Shown piece after piece: positions 8,327-17,814 of a DNA stretch of 64,000 nucleotides; positions within the stretch are counted from its first letter, which is position 1, and each line of letters opens with the position of its first letter. Under the pieces are notes generated by a model. That model did not search any database. It was not told where the DNA came from and was given only the letters and a program-made list of their open reading frames with translations. A program made the position numbers and the translations under genes. This stretch comes from an uncultured Bacilli bacterium (GTDB lineage: Bacteria; Bacillota_I; Bacilli_A; RF39; UBA660). The stretch spans positions 690-64,689 of the forward strand of contig CAKOMR010000007.1 of assembly GCA_934096705.1 (NCBI GenBank). The letters are read 5' to 3'.

Positions 8327-9591
8327 TATTTAAACTCCTTTAATAAATCATTTAATTCATCTTGTTCTTCTTTCGAAGCATCTTTACTTTCTATATTCGC
8401 ATGAAACCACGCTGGTTCTTCACTTTTTTTAGAAACAGTTTTCCTGTTTTTATTTAATTTTCTTTGTTCTTTTTCCGCAAAGTTCATAGCCTCTTCGGCA
8501 GTTTTTAAGTCTGCCCTTTTCCACTGTCCTGCAATTGTTTGAACATAAGCATTTGTAAGTTTATTGTTATTTACTCTTAAACAATAATCAAGTAAAACAT
8601 TTACTACAGCCGGAGGTAATTCCACTTCCACTAAAAGATATTCCACAAGTTTTAAATCTTTTGATATAGGCGTAGCTCCTTTATTTTTACATTTCAAAAA
8701 TTCATAAGGACTAATGCTTTCAAACATTGAAACAATTTTTGCGTGAAGTGAGTTATCTCCACTTGCTTTTTTTAAATATTCGGGTTGAGTACGATATACA
8801 AGAGTTGGCAAACTATTTGATGATAAATTATAACTTTTTCGTGCATTTACTCTTAAAACTTTTTTATCAATCATGCCAAATTCATTTAAGCTTGATCTAA
8901 TAAGTTCGGTCATTTTTAATGTATCGTAATTATATATAAATGAAAGATTATCAATTAAATCTTTAGTTTTTTTATTAAGTGCCTTATCAGACATAATATT
9001 TTTAGGAATTGCATTATTTATTTGCTCGTAATTAATTTTACTATTAAGCCCTATAGAGTTGGAAATCCTATCTTTGCCATCGGAGCTTAAACTGAAATTT
9101 TCTGATTTATATACTTCATCCATTTTTTTAGTAACATCAACATAGCTTGAATAATCATATCTTTTCTTTTGATGAATACTTAAAAGTTTTTCATATTCTT
9201 CGCTACCTATATTGCTATATAACACAATATTTAAAATCGGATGATTAAAAAATTCTGAGGGTAACAAAGGTGAATAAAGTTCATAAATATATTCTTTTAC
9301 GTCGCCATCTTTTAAATAACTTTTCAAAAGGCCTACAGCTTCTAATGCTTGTCTTGCTTTAAATACTTTTTCTTTACTTTCTTTAAGAAGAGTTATTAAA
9401 TGATGATGAATTAATTCTTCACTACATTCTTCTTGAATATTTAGATCTTGCCACAAAGTTAAATATAAACTTACAGCAGTACAACCAATTATTGGCATAT
9501 AAAAAGATATTAAGATTTTTTTATCATTATCACTTAATATAGTTTTATTAATAACTTTATATTTATCTGCGGGTAAAAATAAATCATTCAT
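8326..9591 (-). CDS. dnaB: Replication initiation and membrane attachment protein (Bacillus DnaB type, DnaD-like domains)
   Basis: 421-aa protein with DnaB_2/DnaD-like repeats (AYVQTIAGQWKRADLKTAEEA). It forms an ATGA-overlapped operon with dnaI, as in B. subtilis. Confidence 0.75.
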   Translation of the reverse strand: MNDLFLPADKYKVINKTILSDNDKKILISFYMPIIGCTAVSLYLTLWQDLNIQEECSEELIHHHLITLLKESKEKVFKARQALEAVGLLKSYLKDGDVKEYIYELYSPLLPSEFFNHPILNIVLYSNIGSEEYEKLLSIHQKKRYDYSSYVDVTKKMDEVYKSENFSLSSDGKDRISNSIGLNSKINYEQINNAIPKNIMSDKALNKKTKDLIDNLSFIYNYDTLKMTELIRSSLNEFGMIDKKVLRVNARKSYNLSSNSLPTLVYRTQPEYLKKASGDNSLHAKIVSMFESISPYEFLKCKNKGATPISKDLKLVEYLLVEVELPPAVVNVLLDYCLRVNNNKLTNAYVQTIAGQWKRADLKTAEEAMNFAEKEQRKLNKNRKTVSKKSEEPAWFHANIESKDASKEEQDELNDLLKEFK

Positions 9592-9658
9592 AAATTTCCT
9601 CTACAAGTATTATAAGTTATTAAATAAAAAATCACAATAAAAAAAATAATCTTAAAGA

Positions 9659-10144
9659 TTATCTTTTCATTTCAGAATCAAGTTCTTTAACTTTTCCTAC
9701 GATTTGAACTTTAACATCTCCCAAAGGAATTGTACAAGGTACTTCTGCACCAATCATTTGGCCGTTAATAGCCATACCCATTGGAGAATTTAAACTTACA
9801 ACATCACGGTTAAATCCTACAACTTCATTTGCTAAAGTAGCTACCATAGTAAATGATTGTCCAAGCTCATCAGTTACAACAAGTTCAACTTTATCACCAA
9901 GACCTACAGTTTCTGTATTATTAAGTGTTGGATCAATAATTTCTGCAGTTGCTAACTCTTGATTAATTTTTTCAAGTTCATTTTTAGTTATTTGTTCTTG
10001 TTGTGAAATCAAATTAAAGTATGGTTCATCATTTCCTGCTCCACCTTGAAATAATCTTTTTTCTTGATCAATTCTTGCAAGACGTGCATTTAATTCATCT
10101 ATACGATTATTTTTCATTTGAAGTTCTTCGATTGTTAATTTCAT
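9659..10144 (-). CDS. GreA/GreB-family transcription elongation factor paralogue
   Basis: N-terminal coiled coil plus a Gre C-terminal domain (VGLGDKVELV...SLNSPMGMAINGQMIGAEV...VKVQIVGKV). The tip reads GGAGNDEPYF instead of the canonical GDLSENAEY. Confidence 0.7.
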   Translation of the reverse strand: MKLTIEELQMKNNRIDELNARLARIDQEKRLFQGGAGNDEPYFNLISQQEQITKNELEKINQELATAEIIDPTLNNTETVGLGDKVELVVTDELGQSFTMVATLANEVVGFNRDVVSLNSPMGMAINGQMIGAEVPCTIPLGDVKVQIVGKVKELDSEMKR

Positions 10145-10201
10145 CTTATCACCCTTTCAATTACCTAAATAATACCATATAATAACATTTTTAGCAACTA
10201 T

Positions 10202-11251
10202 TTAAAAATTTTTAAATAATTTTATAACTCTATAAACTCCATATTTTTCACTTGATTTTTTATATTTTTTAATCATTTTATTTAAACTATAAACATTAAA
10301 ATATGTCACATCTTCCTTCTGCATTGCATATTCAATAATTTTAATAACTAATTTTTCATTTGTATCTGCATTAAGTAAAGTTTTGTATTTTAAAATATCT
10401 TTACTAGAAACATTTTTCAAAACATAGTTATAATACCAAGAAGGACATTTTTTAAAAATATATCTTTCTCCAGGGTAAGACTTTAATACTTTAAGTGTAT
10501 CATAATAGCCTATTTGAATATTTTCATGTATGGCTTTTTTATTAACTGTTAAAGTTGAACTTAACTTTCTCGATGGCGTTATAGTAACTACCTTATTTTT
10601 ATCAATAAGTTTTTTCTTAAAACCCATTCCCTTAAGTTCTACACGGTATACTTTATCATAGCCTTTTTTAAGCATCATGTTCGCAGGACAATTATCATAA
10701 ATTCCACCATCAAAATAATAACTATCATCTTCGAGTTTTTCCATTTTAAATACAGGCAAATAGCAACTTGAAATAATATAATTATTAATTGAGCCTTTTC
10801 TCATATCAGCTTTAAATAACTCTAAAGGTTTTAAATCTTTTAATCTATATGTAATAAGTCCAAAATCAGTTTTACTATTTCTAATCTTATCCTCAAGATT
10901 AAAATCTTTTAAAGTTTTTTCTAGGCCATCAATGCTTATTCCTTTATTTTTAATTATTTTAGTAAAATTTTCGAAACCAAGTTTTAATAACTCAATTTCA
11001 TCTTTATTTTCTTTATTGACTAATTCAACATATTTTTTATCATAGCCTAAAATTTTGCCAATATCTGCATTGTTCCAAAAATCAAGCAATTCTTTATCCA
11101 TATTTGCAACGATCATCGCAGCATTAAATGAACCAATTGAAGTTCCACATACACAGTCAAATTTTATATGGCATTTTTTAAAAGCGTAATATGCACCTAT
11201 TTGATAACTACCTTTAACACCACCGCCTGCTAAAGCAAGACCAGTTTTCAT
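10202..11251 (-). CDS. Patatin-like phospholipase
   Basis: GLALAGGGVKGSYQIGA oxyanion motif, GTSIGSF nucleophile elbow and a DGG motif (YYFDGGIYDN). Confidence 0.85.
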   Translation of the reverse strand: MKTGLALAGGGVKGSYQIGAYYAFKKCHIKFDCVCGTSIGSFNAAMIVANMDKELLDFWNNADIGKILGYDKKYVELVNKENKDEIELLKLGFENFTKIIKNKGISIDGLEKTLKDFNLEDKIRNSKTDFGLITYRLKDLKPLELFKADMRKGSINNYIISSCYLPVFKMEKLEDDSYYFDGGIYDNCPANMMLKKGYDKVYRVELKGMGFKKKLIDKNKVVTITPSRKLSSTLTVNKKAIHENIQIGYYDTLKVLKSYPGERYIFKKCPSWYYNYVLKNVSSKDILKYKTLLNADTNEKLVIKIIEYAMQKEDVTYFNVYSLNKMIKKYKKSSEKYGVYRVIKLFKNF

Positions 11252-12165
11252 TCTTTCACCCCTTTAATTTTTAATAATAATTTTCCAATGAAAATATTTA
11301 TTTTTCGATTTTTGCTTCTTCTTTTAAGTTTCATGTAATAACTTTCAATCGAATCATTTTTATATTCTAAAATATCGTTAAATTTTTCACTATCCTTTAA
11401 AATTGGGCTATAAAAATATTCATCTAAAAATAATTTTTCAAGTATATATTTAAAACTTATTCCATGGTACTTTAATATATTATTAACTAAATCGTTATAA
11501 TTGCATCTTATAAGGCCAATATTTATTATTTTTTTATTTAAAGATGCACCTTTATCAATTATTTTACAAAATGCATAGGCGGCATCTTCTTTAGTAATGC
11601 ACTCAATTAATCCAGGGTGAACTTTATACATAAAAGAATCAGTTCTAAGATCTCCTAAAACTAAAGGAACCCTTACTATTGTATAATTTTTACATTTTTT
11701 TTGAATTAATTTTTCTGTCTTATACTTAGCATTATTATAATAATCAAGTTTATCAACTTTAATATCACTATTTACACTTCCTTCATTTTTACCATATAAA
11801 CTTGTCGAAGAAGCATATATTAAGTGACACTGTGGATTATAATAAATTATTGCTTTAACAATATTTTCAGTTACATTATATTCAATAATATCCGATAATC
11901 CTTTTTTATAATATGAAAGTGGTGGCAAACATGTAGCCAGGTTAAATATATAATCATGGTCTTTTACAAGCACCTCTATTAAGCTTCGGTCAAGACCATC
12001 CGAATAAATTACATTTACTCTTTTTCGGTATCTTTTTAATTTTTTTTCAACTTTGGCATTTTTTAAATCCATTATAGTAATTTCATACTTTCCTTCAGAT
12101 AATAAATATTTAAGCAAAGAAAGTCCAACTGTTCCTGAAGCACCTATAATTAAAACTTTTTTCAT
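11248..12165 (-). CDS. NAD(P)-dependent epimerase/dehydratase family protein
   Basis: Rossmann motif KVLIIGASGTVGLSL and YxxxK (YNNAKYKTEK). Confidence 0.75.
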   Translation of the reverse strand: MKKVLIIGASGTVGLSLLKYLLSEGKYEITIMDLKNAKVEKKLKRYRKRVNVIYSDGLDRSLIEVLVKDHDYIFNLATCLPPLSYYKKGLSDIIEYNVTENIVKAIIYYNPQCHLIYASSTSLYGKNEGSVNSDIKVDKLDYYNNAKYKTEKLIQKKCKNYTIVRVPLVLGDLRTDSFMYKVHPGLIECITKEDAAYAFCKIIDKGASLNKKIINIGLIRCNYNDLVNNILKYHGISFKYILEKLFLDEYFYSPILKDSEKFNDILEYKNDSIESYYMKLKRRSKNRKINIFIGKLLLKIKGVKE

Positions 12166-12173
12166 TGTTACTC

Positions 12174-12890
12174 CTAAATAAACCTTAATAATATAATTAT
12201 TATTACACCTAATATAATACCATAATAGGTATATCTATTTTTAATATTTTCAATAACTTCTTTAAATAATTCAAAAATAGTCAAATAAATTAACATTCCT
12301 AAAGTAAAACTTAATAAATATGTAGTAATAACTTCAGAAATATTTCCTATAAATAGATTTATTAATCCACCAACAAGACCTGATATGGTAAGAATAAATA
12401 TATTAAAATTATTTTCTTTTTTTAAATTACTACCAATTTGAAATCCTAAAGGTAAATTATGTAGACCAATTCCTAAACACATAAACATTCCTGATTTAAA
12501 ATTCTTTATTGCTACATTATATAATGCCATATTCTCAAGTATATTATGTAATAGTAAAGCAATTACAGTAATAGTTCCTATATGATTTAAATGATTATCA
12601 TGTTCTTTTTTATTATCATTTTTATCTTTATGATGATGGTCATGCTGCGGAACAAAAAAATCTAATATTTTTAATAAAACTAAACCGAGTAAAATAAATA
12701 AAAGAGCATAAAAGTTAAATGATTCACTTATTTCAGGTAATATATCAAAAATAATTAAATATAGCAAAATTACAAATGATAATGCTATAGATAAAATATT
12801 TATGTTTTTATTTCCTTTGCATATCTTATTAAAAAGTATTCCCATTAAAAAGAAAACACCAGTAATAACAGTTAATAACAATGCTTTCAC
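12174..12890 (-). CDS. ZIP-family divalent metal transporter
   Basis: Multi-pass membrane protein with a His-rich loop QHDHHHKDKNDNKKEHDNHLNH and the ZIP signature HNILENMA...GLHNLPLG. Confidence 0.75.
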   Translation of the reverse strand: MKALLLTVITGVFFLMGILFNKICKGNKNINILSIALSFVILLYLIIFDILPEISESFNFYALLFILLGLVLLKILDFFVPQHDHHHKDKNDNKKEHDNHLNHIGTITVIALLLHNILENMALYNVAIKNFKSGMFMCLGIGLHNLPLGFQIGSNLKKENNFNIFILTISGLVGGLINLFIGNISEVITTYLLSFTLGMLIYLTIFELFKEVIENIKNRYTYYGIILGVIIIILLRFI

Positions 12891-13030
12891 TACTAATCAC
12901 CAAATATATTTTAGCAAATTATAATGTAAATGTCTATTAAACAAAAAAAGAAAAACAATTATGCTTCTCTCTAATTATTAATATATTTTTTTATTTTATA
13001 AAATTCCATAATCCCCATTCCATTTATTAA

Positions 13031-13672
13031 TTAACACTCATGAACATTGTCAATATTTAATGTAGCATTATAACTAACGCTTTCATTTACTTTTTGTTCT
13101 ATATCTGGAAAATAATTAAATGTTACAATAGCTTTATAAGAAATAGTTTTATTAACTCTTTTTGTAGTATATATTTCATGATTTATATTTTCTATATTTA
13201 GTTTAACTGGAACATCAAGTTTACCAGTATATTTAGTAATATCCATATTATCTATTATTGGAATAAAATCTTCATTATTCTCTTTTTTTAATACGCTTAG
13301 ACTAAGTTCTGGTCTAGGATAATTACTATAATCAAATACTGTTTCATTAGGCATAACTAAATAAACATTATAACAATATTTTGCTTTTGGTTTTGTAGTA
13401 TCAAGTATTACATCAATAGTTGTATCTCCACTTATTGAGTGGCCAAGATCCTTAATAAAATTATAATCTGTTGCATGCAAACTTATATCATGATCACTTT
13501 TTATTTGAAGTGTATCAACACCTTTTGATCTTACATCAACATTAAAATTTCCATAATAAAAGTCATTTGTTATAAAGTAAGCATAAGTGCTTACTACCAC
13601 AAGCATTAAAAACATAAAAATAAAAAGTATTAAATAAACTTGTGTTTTTAGTTTTTTCTTATCTTTCATCAT
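13031..13672 (-). CDS. Secreted/anchored protein of the YAYF family (camelysin/TasA-like SipW-type N-terminus); divergent paralogue
   Basis: The N-terminus KKKLKTQVYLILFIFMFLMLVVVSTYAYFITND resembles the ...GTFAYFSD SipW-type signal. It shares C[YT]Y[ND][VI]Y, the FNYFPDIEQ / FYNFPTIDQ block and a C-terminal Cys with 13807..14493. Confidence 0.55.
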   Translation of the reverse strand: MMKDKKKLKTQVYLILFIFMFLMLVVVSTYAYFITNDFYYGNFNVDVRSKGVDTLQIKSDHDISLHATDYNFIKDLGHSISGDTTIDVILDTTKPKAKYCYNVYLVMPNETVFDYSNYPRPELSLSVLKKENNEDFIPIIDNMDITKYTGKLDVPVKLNIENINHEIYTTKRVNKTISYKAIVTFNYFPDIEQKVNESVSYNATLNIDNVHEC

Positions 13673-13744
13673 ATGCCTCTATTCTATAAATAATATATCA
13701 AAAATGAATATAATTTTCAATATAATTTATTAATTTGACATACA

Positions 13745-13776
13745 CAAAAAAACGACCTAAAAGGCCGATTTTTATA
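13745..13776 (-). terminator. Rho-independent terminator after the Ala/Thr-rich YAYF-family gene
   Basis: Minus-strand AAAAAUCGGCC-UUUU-AGGUCGUUUUUUU. Confidence 0.65.
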
Positions 13777-13806
13777 TTATTAAATTGTTAACTTTTAATA
13801 TAACTA

Positions 13807-14493
13807 CTATATTGCAGTTGTTCCACAAACTACAGTGTTTTCTTTAACGTAGAACTTACCAGCAAATGATTTTTCAGCTAAAGCAGTTTGGTCAATTGTT
13901 GGGAAATTATAGAATTTAACGTTAGCAGTTAATGTTTGAGTAGCAGTATCATTACTTACTGCAATTGAACCACTAGCAACTTTAACTTCAGTTGTTGCAC
14001 TTGAGAAAACACTAAAATCTTTTTCTGAAGTTGCAGCATAAGTAGCTTCAACTGTAATTCCAGTACTTGGAGTTAAAGTATAAGTAAATTCTTTATTATC
14101 TGTTCCAGTAGTTACAGGTGTAGCAGCTGCCCCATATACAGCAGAACCTTCATCATATTGATAATAAATATCATATGTACAAGTAGTTGTAGTTGCTGCA
14201 TCAGTAGCAGTTAAACTAACAGATAACTCAGCCTTGTCACCACTATAAGTACCTACTGCTGTAGCAGCTCCAGTTCCTTTTAACATTTCTGCACCAGCAA
14301 CATTTAATTTAAGTGATGCTGAATTAGTTGTAAAAGTTGAAGATTTAGCTGCCTCAGTTGTAACATTTACGCCTGCTTTGTTATCTACTGTAGTAGTAAA
14401 TGAACCGAAGTATGCGAATGTTGCTCCAACAACTGCAACAAGTAATGTAGCTACTGCAATAACAGTTAACAATAAAGTATTTTTCTTTTCCAC
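13807..14493 (-). CDS. Ala/Thr/Ser/Gly-rich YAYF-family protein; candidate major structural subunit (TasA/camelysin-like signal). GTG start
   Basis: (GTG)EKKNTLLLTVIAVATLLVAVVGATFAYFGSFTTTVDNKAGVNV... It is low-complexity and beta-rich, with its own terminator. The gene is visibly more G+C-rich than its flanks because of Ala/Gly/Thr codons. Confidence 0.6.
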   Translation of the reverse strand: MEKKNTLLLTVIAVATLLVAVVGATFAYFGSFTTTVDNKAGVNVTTEAAKSSTFTTNSASLKLNVAGAEMLKGTGAATAVGTYSGDKAELSVSLTATDAATTTTCTYDIYYQYDEGSAVYGAAATPVTTGTDNKEFTYTLTPSTGITVEATYAATSEKDFSVFSSATTEVKVASGSIAVSNDTATQTLTANVKFYNFPTIDQTALAEKSFAGKFYVKENTVVCGTTAI

Positions 14494-14581
14494 TTCTTTC
14501 CTATCTCCTTTCTATTATAAATTTATCACAAATTATAATCATAAATCAAGTCCTTTAAGCAATTTTTTAAAATTATTATTT

Positions 14582-15670
14582 TTATTTGCTTAAAGTAACA
14601 GCCCCTGTTGAGGAATTTATATTAATATTAATTCCCGTTATATCAAGTATTGCAAGTGATTCTCCACCCGTAATAACGTAGGATGCTGGCACACTATATG
14701 AACTTGTAGGCGCCACTGTACTATACGAAGTTAATGAATTTGCTTTTATCAGTTTGTTTACAGTCGTATAGTAAGTATATGCACAATTTTGTAAAGGTTC
14801 ATTTGCACTGCATGTTGTTGCAGCCCTTGCTATAACAGATGTGGTAGCTCCACTTTGTAAATGAACCGTAGTTTCATAAATTTTATTATTATAAGTAATT
14901 CCTAAATTATAAGTTCCCACAGGAACATTAGAAAGTGTAAAAGCCCCACTTGAAGATGTGGCCTTAATTGTATTATTTTGAATTGATAGAGTTGCTCCAC
15001 TAACAGCAGTACCATCAACTTTAACAGTACCTTTTAAATTATATAAAGACTTTCCTACTAAAGGGACTTGTTCAATATTAACATCAAGTAAAACAGCTTT
15101 ACCATCTAAATCATCTGGAGTTTCCGGATTAAGCCATGCTTTTATGTAATAAGTTTTACTCGCACTACCCGCAGCAAAATTTGCAAAAGAAAGCAAATAA
15201 ATATCTTTATAATGGTCAGATGTATTTACACTCAAAAGTGGAAGTTCTGCTATTGAAACAGGCCCAGCTATTGGTGTAGTCGAAGATGCAGAATCAAATA
15301 TAGCTAGCCTAATAAATTCCATTGGAAGTAAGTCGTCCTTGGTAATTCCATATGAAGATAAAGAGTCTGTAGAATATCCTATATTTAAAGTATAAAAAAC
15401 TGTATATTTATTAGATTTAGATATTGCAACTTTAGCATAAGTTGTTTGATTTATACCATCTTCATCACTTAAAGGAGCTACCTGAGCATTTGTAATTTGT
15501 GTATATGATAAACTCGCATTTAAATTTCCTGTAGTAATATTTTGATTCATAGTGGAAACGGCTAATCTAGATAAATAAGAATATGATGTTCCTATAGAAA
15601 CGCAAGTTAAAGAAATAACCGCAAGAAAAACAACAACTAATGGACTAGCATTTCTCTTCATACCCTTCAC
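14582..15670 (-). CDS. Larger YAYF-like family member with a CarboxypepD_reg-like beta-sandwich domain
   Basis: N-terminus RNASPLVVVFLAVISLTCVSIGTSYSYLSRL. The central GTVKVDGTAVSGATLSIQNN...SSGAFTLSNVPVGTYNLGITYNNKIYETTV matches the carboxypeptidase-regulatory-like fold pattern. Confidence 0.55.
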   Translation of the reverse strand: MKGMKRNASPLVVVFLAVISLTCVSIGTSYSYLSRLAVSTMNQNITTGNLNASLSYTQITNAQVAPLSDEDGINQTTYAKVAISKSNKYTVFYTLNIGYSTDSLSSYGITKDDLLPMEFIRLAIFDSASSTTPIAGPVSIAELPLLSVNTSDHYKDIYLLSFANFAAGSASKTYYIKAWLNPETPDDLDGKAVLLDVNIEQVPLVGKSLYNLKGTVKVDGTAVSGATLSIQNNTIKATSSSGAFTLSNVPVGTYNLGITYNNKIYETTVHLQSGATTSVIARAATTCSANEPLQNCAYTYYTTVNKLIKANSLTSYSTVAPTSSYSVPASYVITGGESLAILDITGINININSSTGAVTLSK

Positions 15671-15700
15671 CTATTATAAATAATAACACATTTTTTATTT

Positions 15701-16066
15701 CTAAACAATATCTTTAAAATCTATTTTACTCTTTTCTAAATTTTCTAAATAAAATTTTTCTATACTTGTTAAATTATAATTTTTAAATAGTTTTATCTCA
15801 CTAGAAAATAAATCATCAAGTAAATTTTTTAACTTATCTTCTGAAGTTGATAAAAGTTTTAAAGTATAGAAGAAATCATCTTTTACTTTAATAAAAAAGT
15901 TATCTTCAGAAATATTTTTTGTTTTAGTAATATTTAAAATCTTTTGATATTTTTTTATCTGATAATCTATCTTTTGTTTTATCTTTTTGTTTGTAACATT
16001 AAAATATATATTCTTCAGCTTAAAAACCAACCTATTTGCACTTTCATACACATTTTTATATTCCAT
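15701..16066 (-). CDS. Hypothetical cytoplasmic helical protein (121 aa) heading the YAYF cluster
   Basis: ORF only: K/E/L-rich with no TM segment. It lies between rnj and the cluster on the same strand. Confidence 0.4.
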   Translation of the reverse strand: MEYKNVYESANRLVFKLKNIYFNVTNKKIKQKIDYQIKKYQKILNITKTKNISEDNFFIKVKDDFFYTLKLLSTSEDKLKNLLDDLFSSEIKLFKNYNLTSIEKFYLENLEKSKIDFKDIV

Positions 16067-16106
16067 AGAAAAACACCTATTTTTATTATAGGTGTATTTA
16101 GTTTAT

Positions 16107-17741
16107 TTATACTTCTTGAACAACTGCAATTATCATTGGTTTACACTCGGTTTCTTCATATAAATATGCTCCAAGTTCTTCTCTAATTTGTGTTCTAATT
16201 AAGTTATAATCAACATATTTTGGTGTAATATTGTTAGTTATAACCTTTTCACATATTTTTTTAATTTCTTCAATCATTTCCTTAGAATCTTTTACATAAA
16301 TAAAACCTCTTGTAACAATTTCTGGTCCTACTAATAAAACCTTATCTTTTTTAGAAACTGTAGCGCTTATTAAAACAATACCATTTTCTGCAAGAACTTC
16401 TCTATCTTTGATAACTAAATCGCCAATATCATCTGAACTTTTGCCGTCAATGAATATATCATCAACATTAATGTGTTCAAATTTATCATCAATAACTTTA
16501 TCTTTAATATTTATAACATCACCATTTTGTTTAAGTAGAATATTTTCAGGTTTTTTACCAAGACTTAAAGCAACATTTGCATTTCCAACCATATAACGAT
16601 AGTCACCCTTAACAGGAACATAATAAAGTGGATTTACAAGTTTTAGCATAAGCATAATATCTTCTTTTGAGGCATGCTGTAAAATAGAATACTTTTTAGG
16701 AATATCAATTACATTACAGCCATACTGTGCAAGTTCATTTTCCATTTTAACAAATAATTTTTCACTACTATCATATTTTGGTTCTGCAAAAATTATTGTA
16801 TCTGATGCAAGTAAATTAATATATTTATCATATCCAGTATAAATTTTATTAATATTAGCATACGGATTAGCTCTATCATCACTTATTAAAATAATTACAT
16901 TTTCATCTTTTAAATTTGATAAATCGCCAATAATATCAGGTTCAGTAACTAAATAATTATTTGTAATTGCATAATTTATTACATTTTGAAGTTTCTTACC
17001 CATTACTACAATTTTACGATGAGTTCCCGCAGCAGCATGAAAAATTTCTTCTATTGTATATAGATGATCTGGTAAAACAGAAAATATAATTCTTTTTTCA
17101 TTATGTTTAATTACATCTTTAAAAAAATCAATTAATTTATGTTTCGGAGATGTATGACCTGGATTTTCTGAAAAAATTGATTCGCTTAATAAACAAAGTA
17201 CACCTTGTTTACCAACATATGCAATTTTTCCTAAATCCATTTCATAGCTTCCCATCATTCCTGGATCAATTGTAAAATCACCTGTATAGCAAATACTTCC
17301 ATCACTTGTATATAAAACATACATTACAGCATCAGGAATGCTATGAGACATAGTTATAGGAAATATAGCACATTTACCAAAATTAATTTTTTTATGAGCT
17401 TTTATTTCAATGATATTATCTTCATTTACACCATCTAAAGTTAAGCAAAATTTTGTAAACTTTGTAGCATATATTTTTACATTAGGAATTTGGCTAATTA
17501 AATCGCACACACTTCCCATATTTTCTTGATGACCATGAGTTATAAAAACACCTTTGATCCTTTTTTGATTCTTTATTAAATATGAAAAATCAGGAATTAT
17601 ATAATCTATACCAAGTAAATTACCTGTAGCATATTTTAAACCACAATCGAAAACAAATATATCATCATCAACTTCAACAACATAACAGTTTTTCCCATTT
17701 TCGTCTAAACCGCCCAAGCCAAAAATTTTTATATTACACAT
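16107..17741 (-). CDS. rnj: Ribonuclease J
   Basis: IFGLGGLDENGKNCYVVE, metallo-beta-lactamase motif THGHQENMG and the beta-CASP/C-terminal domain. The start is placed at MCNIKIFGLGG. The track's 23-codon upstream extension has no counterpart in RNase J. Confidence 0.92.
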   Translation of the reverse strand: MCNIKIFGLGGLDENGKNCYVVEVDDDIFVFDCGLKYATGNLLGIDYIIPDFSYLIKNQKRIKGVFITHGHQENMGSVCDLISQIPNVKIYATKFTKFCLTLDGVNEDNIIEIKAHKKINFGKCAIFPITMSHSIPDAVMYVLYTSDGSICYTGDFTIDPGMMGSYEMDLGKIAYVGKQGVLCLLSESIFSENPGHTSPKHKLIDFFKDVIKHNEKRIIFSVLPDHLYTIEEIFHAAAGTHRKIVVMGKKLQNVINYAITNNYLVTEPDIIGDLSNLKDENVIILISDDRANPYANINKIYTGYDKYINLLASDTIIFAEPKYDSSEKLFVKMENELAQYGCNVIDIPKKYSILQHASKEDIMLMLKLVNPLYYVPVKGDYRYMVGNANVALSLGKKPENILLKQNGDVINIKDKVIDDKFEHINVDDIFIDGKSSDDIGDLVIKDREVLAENGIVLISATVSKKDKVLLVGPEIVTRGFIYVKDSKEMIEEIKKICEKVITNNITPKYVDYNLIRTQIREELGAYLYEETECKPMIIAVVQEV

Positions 17742-17814
17742 TATTATCACTCTTTTCTTTAAAGTTTTCCTTGGTAAGTTAATTTTATCAAAGAAGTGAT
17801 AATTTTGCAAGTTC

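Noticed and set aside
17742-17810. 23-codon N-terminal extension of RNase J
   Set aside because: It has no counterpart in RNase J, and homology starts at MCNIKIFGLGG. The weak RBS makes this less certain.
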